Source of the DNA: Algoriphagus sp.
GTDB lineage: Bacteria > Bacteroidota > Bacteroidia > Cytophagales > Cyclobacteriaceae
Reading direction: 5' to 3'
Assembly (NCBI GenBank): GCA_017858365.1
Contig: JAFMBQ010000001.1
Coordinates: 4,052 to 68,051 of the forward strand
DNA: 64,000 nucleotides
Shown here: positions 47,328-55,226 of the stretch, in pieces
How positions within the stretch are numbered: the first letter of the stretch is position 1
Layout: every line of letters starts with the position of its first letter
Position numbers and translations under genes: made by a program
Notes under the pieces: generated by a model
What the model was told of the DNA's origin: nothing
Databases searched by the model: none
Seen by the model: the letters and a program-made list of their open reading frames with translations, nothing else

Positions 47328-50300
47328 TTAATTATCGATGACTACACAATTCCCATCCAAAACATCCTGCTCAACACTCTTGTATTTCACATCCGACTTA
47401 GTCGTGCCATTGGAATATTGGACAGTTACTTTATCATTTCTTCCATAAACTTTATCCGATTTGCGCGGAGCCACTACCTGTGGAGCAGGTCTTCCTGCAT
47501 TGGAAGCTGCGATGGCTGCACGATTTGCTCCAGGATTCAATGTGCTTCCCGCCTCTGCTTTTGAAGCTTGAACCTGAGGTTCTGCTTGTCTTCGAGGCTG
47601 AACAGCATTTACTTGAGCAGGGTCCTGTTTTGGCAAGTCTGCTCTAGTTACGAAAGAAACCATGTCTTCGTTCAATTTACCGATAAAGCGCTTAAACATC
47701 TCAAAAGCTTCAAACTTATAGATCAACAATGGATCTTTCTGCTCATAAACAGCATTTTGAACTGATTGCTTCAAATCATCCATGTCTCGAAGATGTTCTT
47801 TCCAGTTTTGATCGATGATTGCAAGGGTTACATTTTTCTCTAAAGATCTTACTAACTCTCGGCCATCATTGGCAAGCATAGATTCCAAATTCACCACAAC
47901 TCCGATTTGCTTCATTCCATCGGAAATCGGCACCATAATATCTTTAACAGTAGCTCCCCGCTCCTCCTGTACTCGAGTGAAAATCGGCAAGGCCGTCTCC
48001 ATAATCTTATCATTTTTCTTTTGATAAGTCTCAAATGACAACGTATATAGCTCCCGGGTCAGGGTAGTTAAATCCTTTGATTTAAGTTCATTTTCATTGA
48101 TCGAATAATCCACACCAAGTGTACTGAATGCATTCATGCGAAGGTTTTCCACATCTTCCGTGGATTTGGCCATATCGATGTGGCTCTCGGATACATCATA
48201 AATGATGTTGAGAATATCCAGCTCAAGACGCTCACCTTTAAGTGCATTCCTTCTCCGCTTATAAACCACTTCCCGCTGTGAATTCATCACATCATCATAC
48301 TCGAGCAGTCGTTTTCTTGTGCCAAAGTTATTTTCCTCCACTTTACGCTGCGCTCGCTCAATTGACTTAGTAATCATACTATGCTGAATCACTTCGCCTT
48401 CTTCCAGACCCATTCGATCCATTAATTTTGCGATTCGTTCCGAACCAAAAAGACGCATTAAGCTATCCTCGAGAGAAACAAAGAATTGTGAAGAACCCAC
48501 ATCTCCTTGACGACCAGATCGTCCTCTTAGCTGACGATCGACGCGACGAGATTCGTGACGCTCAGTACCGATGATCGCCAAACCACCAGACTTCTTAGAT
48601 TCTGGCGAAAGTTTGATATCTGTACCTCGCCCAGCCATGTTAGTGGCAATCGTAACCGTACCGCTTTGACCTGCTGCCGCGACCACATCTGCTTCTCGGG
48701 CATGCTGCTTGGCATTCAATACCTGATGCGGAATCTTCTTCAAAGTCAACATTCGACTGAGTACTTCGGAGATTTCAACCGAAGTCGTTCCCACCAAGAC
48801 TGGTCGGCCAAGTGCTACTAATTCGTTGATTTCATCTACTACCGCATTAAATTTCTCTCGTACAGTTTTGAAAACTTTATCCTCACGATCATCCCGCTGA
48901 ATAACTCGATTTGTGGGAATAACTACCACATCAAGCTTATAAATTTCCCAGAATTCTCCCGCCTCAGTCTCAGCTGTTCCAGTCATACCGGAAAGCTTAT
49001 GATACATTCGGAAGTAGTTTTGGAGTGTAATCGTAGCGTAAGTCTGCGTAGCGTCCTCAACCTTCACATTTTCTTTAGCTTCAATCGCCTGGTGAAGTCC
49101 GTCCGAATACCGACGACCTTCCATCACACGACCTGTTTGCTCATCGACGATTTTCACTTTCCCGTCCACTAAGATGTACTCAGTATCGCGTTCAAACATG
49201 CAGTATGCCTTAAGCAGTTGGTTTACTGTGTGGATTCGCTGCGCTTTCGTGCTATAATCTTTGATCGCCTCTTCTTTGCGGATCAATTTCTCTTTATCGT
49301 CTATTTCTTCAGATTTTTCCAAATCAGCGATGACAATCCCGATGTCTGGTAAAATGAAAAATTCAGGGTTTTCATTCTTAGTAGTCATGGTTTCTATTCC
49401 ACGATCCGTAAGATCTACTACATTGGTCTTTTCGTCAATAGTAAACAAAAGCGGCTCATCCGCCTCTGGCATATTACGCTTATTGTCTTGGAGGTAGAAG
49501 TTTTCCGTTTTTTGCAAAACCACTCGAATACCTGGTTCAGAAAGGTATTTAATCAATGGCTTATATTTTGGTATTCCTCGGAACGCTCTAAAAAGTGCCA
49601 ACCCACCTTCTTTTTCATTGCCATCAGCAATCAATTTCTTGGCAGTTGATAGAAATCCTTGGATCAACTTCCGCTGCTCATCTACAAGTGCAGACACTCT
49701 TGGCTTCATGTCATCAAACTCATGGACATCACCCTTCGGTACCGGTCCTGAAATGATCAAAGGAGTTCTAGCATCATCAATCAATACTGAATCGACCTCA
49801 TCAATCATGGCAAAATGATGCTTCCCTTGAACCAGGTCCCCAGCTTCGCGAGCCATATTGTCTCTTAGGTAATCAAAGCCAAACTCATTATTCGTTCCGT
49901 AAACGATATCACTTGCGTAAGCCTTCTTTCTTCCTTCAGAGTTAGGGGTGTATTTATCGATACAATCGACAGTCAAACCGTGGAATTCAAAAATTGGAGC
50001 ATTCCATTCGGAGTCACGCTTAGCTAGGTAATCGTTTACTGTGACGATGTGAACACCTCTTCCAGCAAGCGCATTAAGGTAAGCAGGAAGTGTAGAAACC
50101 AAAGTTTTACCTTCACCTGTGGCCATTTCGGCGATATTACCTTTATGGAGCACCATACCTCCGATAAGCTGCACATCGTAATGAACCATATCCCAGATTA
50201 CCTCAGTCCCAGCAGCTAGCCATTTGTTATGCCAGATGGCTTCATCGCCTTGGATTTCAACATTTTGCTTCGTAGCCGCAATCTCTCGATCTCTCTGATT

Positions 50301-50708
50301 GGCTTTAACTTTAAGTCCACCCAGTTCTTTGAATCTTCGAGCAGTTTCTTTCACTACCGCAAAAGCTTTAGGAAGCACTTTCATCAGGACTTCTTCCAAT
50401 GCTTGGTCACGATCTTTTTCGATCTGATCGATTTGATTGAAAAGCTGATCCTTTTCATGAATGGCTGTAGCAGCCAATTCATCTACGCCAGATTTGATGC
50501 TGATAATTTTATCATCAAAGCTTTTAAGATGCTCATTGATTTGATCCTTGATTTCTTGGGTTTTCCCTCGAAGTTGATCATCACTTAGCCCCTTTAAGCC
50601 ATCAAATTCAACGTTGATGTCCTTTACTAACGGAAGTAAATCCTTGATATCTCTATCGGACTTGGTACCAAAAACCTTTGCAAGTCCTTTTGCTATAAAA
50701 TCTAACAT
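47328..50708 (-). CDS. secA: Preprotein translocase subunit SecA
   Basis: MVHYDVQL, EMATGEGKT, DEVDSVLIDDARTPLIISG, IATNMAGRGTDI, RRVDRQLRGRSGRQGD. Confidence 0.99.
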   Translation of the reverse strand: MLDFIAKGLAKVFGTKSDRDIKDLLPLVKDINVEFDGLKGLSDDQLRGKTQEIKDQINEHLKSFDDKIISIKSGVDELAATAIHEKDQLFNQIDQIEKDRDQALEEVLMKVLPKAFAVVKETARRFKELGGLKVKANQRDREIAATKQNVEIQGDEAIWHNKWLAAGTEVIWDMVHYDVQLIGGMVLHKGNIAEMATGEGKTLVSTLPAYLNALAGRGVHIVTVNDYLAKRDSEWNAPIFEFHGLTVDCIDKYTPNSEGRKKAYASDIVYGTNNEFGFDYLRDNMAREAGDLVQGKHHFAMIDEVDSVLIDDARTPLIISGPVPKGDVHEFDDMKPRVSALVDEQRKLIQGFLSTAKKLIADGNEKEGGLALFRAFRGIPKYKPLIKYLSEPGIRVVLQKTENFYLQDNKRNMPEADEPLLFTIDEKTNVVDLTDRGIETMTTKNENPEFFILPDIGIVIADLEKSEEIDDKEKLIRKEEAIKDYSTKAQRIHTVNQLLKAYCMFERDTEYILVDGKVKIVDEQTGRVMEGRRYSDGLHQAIEAKENVKVEDATQTYATITLQNYFRMYHKLSGMTGTAETEAGEFWEIYKLDVVVIPTNRVIQRDDREDKVFKTVREKFNAVVDEINELVALGRPVLVGTTSVEISEVLSRMLTLKKIPHQVLNAKQHAREADVVAAAGQSGTVTIATNMAGRGTDIKLSPESKKSGGLAIIGTERHESRRVDRQLRGRSGRQGDVGSSQFFVSLEDSLMRLFGSERIAKLMDRMGLEEGEVIQHSMITKSIERAQRKVEENNFGTRKRLLEYDDVMNSQREVVYKRRRNALKGERLELDILNIIYDVSESHIDMAKSTEDVENLRMNAFSTLGVDYSINENELKSKDLTTLTRELYTLSFETYQKKNDKIMETALPIFTRVQEERGATVKDIMVPISDGMKQIGVVVNLESMLANDGRELVRSLEKNVTLAIIDQNWKEHLRDMDDLKQSVQNAVYEQKDPLLIYKFEAFEMFKRFIGKLNEDMVSFVTRADLPKQDPAQVNAVQPRRQAEPQVQASKAEAGSTLNPGANRAAIAASNAGRPAPQVVAPRKSDKVYGRNDKVTVQYSNGTTKSDVKYKSVEQDVLDGNCVVIDN

Positions 50709-50807
50709 TTTTGCTATTTGTAATTCTCAAACTGAGGGTTAAAATTAAGCCCTTTTTATTATAATTGATAATGAAGTCTCCGGTATGAAAGACTTCAAAT
50801 TACGCTT

Positions 50808-51581
50808 TTAGAAAATAATTTTTCCTTGATACACTTGCTCTGCAGGACCAATCAGCCAAATTTCACTGAAGCTACCATCGGGATTCGAGTCAAATTTTAC
50901 TGATAATTGCCCTCCTAGGGTATTTATTTTGATATAAGCATTTGGCTGATCTCCAGCAAATGCTAAAGCAGCAGCAGTGACACCTGTACCACAAGAGAGT
51001 GTTTCATCTTCAACACCACGTTCATAGGTTCGGACAAAGATCTGATCTCCAGTGATTTTTTCAACAAAATTAACATTTGTACCAGCTGGAGAATAGGCCT
51101 CTGCGTAGCGAATACGCTTCCCTTCTTCGAACACAGGATAAGTCGAAGCGTTTTCTACAAATCGAATGTGGTGTGGAGAACCAGTATTAAGGAAATGATC
51201 TGCCCCGCTATTCTGTACCCTGCTGGCATCCGCCATCTTTAGATGAATCTGCCCACTTTTAATTGCGGCCTCATGGGGACCGTCAATTGCCAGAAAACGA
51301 GTTTTTACTTTTATAATTCGAAGAAACTCCGCAAAAGCAACTGCACACCTTGCTCCATTTCCACACATACTTTGGCTTCCGTCTGCGTTGAAATAAATCA
51401 TCTCAAAATCATAATCAGGATGATTTCTAATCAAAATTAATCCATCTGCACCGACACCAAATCGTCTGTCGCAAAGTCTAGAAATCAAAGCAAGATCGGT
51501 AGTGTCGATCAACTTTTGCCTGTCATCGATCATAACAAAATCATTCCCTGTTCCCTGATATTTATAAAAGATTAGTTCCAT
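50808..51581 (-). CDS. dapF: Diaminopimelate epimerase
   Basis: KYQGTGNDF, SMCGNGARC, NTGSPH, YERGVEDETLSCGTG. Confidence 0.96.
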   Translation of the reverse strand: MELIFYKYQGTGNDFVMIDDRQKLIDTTDLALISRLCDRRFGVGADGLILIRNHPDYDFEMIYFNADGSQSMCGNGARCAVAFAEFLRIIKVKTRFLAIDGPHEAAIKSGQIHLKMADASRVQNSGADHFLNTGSPHHIRFVENASTYPVFEEGKRIRYAEAYSPAGTNVNFVEKITGDQIFVRTYERGVEDETLSCGTGVTAAALAFAGDQPNAYIKINTLGGQLSVKFDSNPDGSFSEIWLIGPAEQVYQGKIIF

Positions 51582-51753
51582 AGTGTTGTGAGTTTGCAAA
51601 ACAGTCAAAAACCTATCCAAGGCAATCTGTGTTCACAAACTTAACTAACTTGTCGCAAAATCAGACTTATTGTCTGATTCTCAATTTCAAATCCTAGCAT
51701 ATAATGATTAATTTCAGTTTGTCATTAGATTCAACTTATAAACTATATAGAAA

Positions 51754-52512
51754 ATGAAACCTCTAGAAACCATGATTTCCAGAAGATTATTTTTAGCCAA
51801 TAGCTCCAAAGCAAGTATTGCTTTGGGATTGGCAGGCACAGGAATTTTAAGCGCATGTGCTGGAAATGCCGTGGGCGATGAAAAAGCAATACTTGCTACA
51901 AGTTTTACCCAAACGCCATTAGCCTTCGATTTTAATGCCCTCGAGCCGAATATCGATGCGATGACGATGGAGATCCACTATACTAAGCATGCCGCTGGCT
52001 ATGCAAAAAATCTTGGAGAAGCCGTCTCTGAAGAGCAAGTAGATGTGAATAAACCATTGGAAGAGGTCTTATCGAAAATTGGTAGCTATTCTACAAAAAT
52101 GAGAAACAACGGTGGTGGTCATTATAACCATGAGTTATTCTGGAAAGTAATGAGTCCAACAGGAGGAGGAAAGCCTGAAGGCGACTTGGCAGCGGCAATT
52201 GATTCCTCTTTTGGAAGCTATGATGCATTTGTAACCGAATTTGAAACAGCTGCAAAAACACGATTTGGATCAGGTTGGGCTTGGTTAGTAGTAGGCGATG
52301 ATAAAAAACTGGCTGTAGGTTCTACGGCAAATCAGGATAATCCATTGATGGATATTTCCGATTTCAAGGGAGTTCCTCTTTTGGGATTGGATGTTTGGGA
52401 ACATGCGTATTACTTGAATTACCAAAACAAGCGTCCAGACTATGTTTCTGCTTTTTGGAATGTAGTAGACTGGAATACTGTCAGTCAACGATTTGCAGCC
52501 GCTTCTGTATAA
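51754..52512 (+). CDS. sod: Mn/Fe superoxide dismutase with Tat/lipoprotein signal (Mn-type signature)
   Basis: SRRLFL...LSAC; IHYTKH, NNGGGHYNH, FGSGWAW, DVWEHAYY. Confidence 0.92.
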   Translation: MKPLETMISRRLFLANSSKASIALGLAGTGILSACAGNAVGDEKAILATSFTQTPLAFDFNALEPNIDAMTMEIHYTKHAAGYAKNLGEAVSEEQVDVNKPLEEVLSKIGSYSTKMRNNGGGHYNHELFWKVMSPTGGGKPEGDLAAAIDSSFGSYDAFVTEFETAAKTRFGSGWAWLVVGDDKKLAVGSTANQDNPLMDISDFKGVPLLGLDVWEHAYYLNYQNKRPDYVSAFWNVVDWNTVSQRFAAASV

Positions 52513-52531
52513 AATTCTAACTATTGAAACC

Positions 52532-52560
52532 AAAAAAGACCGGAATTCCCGGTCTTTTTC
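52532..52560 (+). terminator. Terminator after sod
   Basis: AAAAAAGACCGG-AATTC-CCGGTCTTTTT. Confidence 0.8.
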
Positions 52561-52591
52561 ATTTATTTCATTCATTCAAAAAATTCTATTC

Positions 52592-53059
52592 ATGCAAGAT
52601 CCAAAATCTCTTACTTCTGTCGCTTTATTTCACGAAACCTTCAAGCATCCAATAGTATCGGATCCTGCTATCCCGTCTGAAACACGATGTAACCTTCGGG
52701 TATCCTTATTGGCCGAGGAGTTAAAAGAATTGGAAGAAGCAATAGAAAATAAGGATTTGGTGGAAATCGCTGATGCCCTTTGCGATTTACAATATGTCCT
52801 TTCCGGTGCGATTCTGGAGTTTGGCTTAGGAGAAAAATTCAAAACCCTTTTTGACGAGGTTCAACGCTCCAACATGAGCAAAGCCTGCGTAACCGAGGAA
52901 GAGGCAAAAGCCACTGTGGCACATTATGAGGCCAAAGGGACGCCTAGCTTTTATGAAAAAGAGGGTGATTTGTTTTTAGTCTTTAGAGAGGGGGATCACA
53001 AGACGCTGAAGTCAGTAAATTATTCTCCGGCGAATCTCAAAGGGATACTTGAGAAATAA
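52592..53059 (+). CDS. MazG-like / PRA-PH nucleoside triphosphate pyrophosphohydrolase
   Basis: FHETF, EELKEL, EIADALCDLQYV, EVQRSNMSK. Confidence 0.85.
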   Translation: MQDPKSLTSVALFHETFKHPIVSDPAIPSETRCNLRVSLLAEELKELEEAIENKDLVEIADALCDLQYVLSGAILEFGLGEKFKTLFDEVQRSNMSKACVTEEEAKATVAHYEAKGTPSFYEKEGDLFLVFREGDHKTLKSVNYSPANLKGILEK

Positions 53060-53914
53060 CTAGGAAGTCTTAAGAATTTTTCCTTGATGGTTTTTTAGTT
53101 CAATAATTCGGGCCGGCAGATTGTAGCCGGCCTTTTCTAATGCCATCAAAACTTCCAAGATCACATTACTTTTAACAACTACATCCAAAATCTTAAGATC
53201 GAAAGTGTCCACCCAAAAAGTGGCTTGAATATTCAGTGTACTTTCGGCAAGATCAAATACCCAAACGTTTGGACTTTTCTGATCAGCCAATACTCCCGGT
53301 ACTCTTGAAACTGTATTTAGAATCAATTCCATTGCTGCATTGTAGTCAGAACTATAGTCCAAACCGATGATGAAATCGTAACGTAGAAATCCATCTATTG
53401 TAAAGTTGACAAGAGGGTTTTTTATGATGGTGGCATTCGGAATAAAAACATCTTTTCCATCGACTGTTTTAATCTGCGTATCTCTAAGGTTTAGGGTAAG
53501 AATTTGACCTCTAATCCCATTTATATCGACGACATCTCCTATCCGAAAAGGACGCTTAAATGCAAGCAAAATTCCAGCGAGAAAATTCTCACCAATATCT
53601 TTCAAAGCAAATCCAATAATAAAAGCTGAAATTCCAGCACCTGTCAAAAGTCCGGTAACAACTCCTGTAAGACCTATGATTCTGAAAATCAAAAGCAACC
53701 CGACCAAGATCACTAGAGCCTTCAAAATTGTAGCTAAGAAATTTGCAAGAAGAGGGTCTTGCATCCGCTTTGACAATTTTCTACTTAGAAATCTTTTGGA
53801 TTGACGGGCTAGAAATACAAAAACCATCAGAATTGTAACTGATAGTCCAACTAGAATTAAGCCATGTCGGATGGTATGCCAATCCGTTTCAAAAAATTTA
53901 AAAACCTCTTCCAT
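53060..53914 (-). CDS. Small-conductance mechanosensitive channel (MscS family)
   Basis: GFALKDIGENFLAGILL, PFRIGD, VFIPN. Confidence 0.9.
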   Translation of the reverse strand: MEEVFKFFETDWHTIRHGLILVGLSVTILMVFVFLARQSKRFLSRKLSKRMQDPLLANFLATILKALVILVGLLLIFRIIGLTGVVTGLLTGAGISAFIIGFALKDIGENFLAGILLAFKRPFRIGDVVDINGIRGQILTLNLRDTQIKTVDGKDVFIPNATIIKNPLVNFTIDGFLRYDFIIGLDYSSDYNAAMELILNTVSRVPGVLADQKSPNVWVFDLAESTLNIQATFWVDTFDLKILDVVVKSNVILEVLMALEKAGYNLPARIIELKNHQGKILKTS

Positions 53915-53981
53915 ATTCAGGAATTTAAGAAAAAATCAAGTGTTATACTTTCGGATCAGAAATCAAATATGATTTCAAAAC

Positions 53982-54010
53982 AAAAAGCCCCGTATTTCTA
54001 CGAGGCTTCT
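53982..54010 (-). terminator. Hairpin directly downstream of tRNA-Leu
   Basis: AAGCCCCGTA...TACGAGGCTT with A-run (U-tract on the minus strand). Confidence 0.6.
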
Positions 54011-54011
54011 G

Positions 54012-54095
54012 TACCAGGAGCGGGAATCGAACCCGCACGAGATTGCTCTCACAAGATTTTAAGTCTTGCGTGTCTACCTATTCCACCATCCCGGC
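54012..54095 (-). tRNA. tRNA-Leu (anticodon TAA), no encoded CCA
   Basis: GCCGGGA/TCCTGGT acceptor stem; CAAGA-CTTAAAA-TCTTG anticodon arm; long variable arm; GGTTCGATT T-loop. Confidence 0.95.
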
Positions 54096-54134
54096 TTCAC
54101 TTGGACTTGACCAAGCTACTTATTGACCCTAAAC

Positions 54135-54163
54135 AAGAAAGCCCTTGAATCAAGGGCTTTTTT
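54135..54163. terminator. Strong hairpin between tRNA-Gly and tRNA-Leu
   Basis: AAAGCCCTTGA-A-TCAAGGGCTTT followed by TTT. Confidence 0.6.
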
Positions 54164-54164
54164 G

Positions 54165-54237
<73 letters not shown>

Positions 54238-54276
54238 TTTTCTAACTTAGAACGTGATCTAAGCGTATTGTGGATG

Positions 54277-54284
54277 CAAAGGTA
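54277..54284 (-). promoter_or_regulatory. -7 box of the tRNA transcript
   Basis: Minus-strand TACCTTTG, 39 nt upstream of tRNA-Gly. Confidence 0.65.
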
Positions 54285-54374
54285 AGCTTCAGAAATAAAT
54301 TTACAAGAATTCCTGCTATAATTTTTTTACAAATCGCCTTTAAATAAGCTTCTAATCTGATTTTCAATGGACTA

Positions 54375-55172
54375 TCAAAAATCATAGGAGGAGAGAATTT
54401 TTATCATTTCCCCCAAATTCCTAGCATTAACCTTCTTTAAAATATTCTTTCGGTGAGTTCCAACAGTATTTAATGAAATATTAAGCACTTCCCCTATTTC
54501 TTTTGACTCCTTTCCATTTAGAATCATTTTGGCTATTTCTTTTTCTTTCTTGGTAAGATTAATTGTGAGCTTATCGGGAGTAGTTTTACTCACCAAAATG
54601 CGCTTACCATCCTGATTTTGATAGGAATAAGTCCAATCATATGACTTCACAGACGGAGGGGTCTGTAGCTGCAAAATCACATGTAGGTCTACGGCAAAAT
54701 TTCCCTGCGAATCAATAATAAAGGGTTTTACTCTTCCCATTACCCAAATTACTTCTTGTGTAATTCGATGAACCCATCGAGTAGTGTAGCTAAATTCAAA
54801 GGTATATCTCTCTTCTAGCGAAAGTTTATGAAACGAATCGAATACTATTTTTTGAAATCTGAAAAGCTCTTCGCGATCTTCTGGATGGATCATAGAGAAA
54901 GATGCTTCCATTCCTTTTTCTCTAAAAATAGATTCTGGATATCCTGTGACAGATTCTAGCTCACCGGTAAAAAAAGCAAGACTTAAATTTCGGTAATCAA
55001 AACAAGCAATAATTAACCCTTCACGCATGCCGATGTTCTTACTTAAGGTTTCTAGCTCCGTAAGCATCTTCGCCTCATCAGGATAATTCTTAAATTCTTG
55101 CTCTTGCCAGTCCTTAAAAAACTTAGAATACTTGTCCTGCCTCCGTAAATTCTTTAAAAGTACTTTATCCAT
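54375..55172 (-). CDS. PAS-domain + LuxR-HTH one-component regulator
   Basis: PAS-like ESVTGY...IHPEDR; LTKKEKEI...SKEIGEVLNISLNTVGTHRKNILKK. Confidence 0.85.
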   Translation of the reverse strand: MDKVLLKNLRRQDKYSKFFKDWQEQEFKNYPDEAKMLTELETLSKNIGMREGLIIACFDYRNLSLAFFTGELESVTGYPESIFREKGMEASFSMIHPEDREELFRFQKIVFDSFHKLSLEERYTFEFSYTTRWVHRITQEVIWVMGRVKPFIIDSQGNFAVDLHVILQLQTPPSVKSYDWTYSYQNQDGKRILVSKTTPDKLTINLTKKEKEIAKMILNGKESKEIGEVLNISLNTVGTHRKNILKKVNARNLGEMIKILSSYDF

Positions 55173-55226
55173 GAAAAATCAATCCTTTGTCGTATTAATC
55201 AATTAAAGATACAATAAATACAGCAT

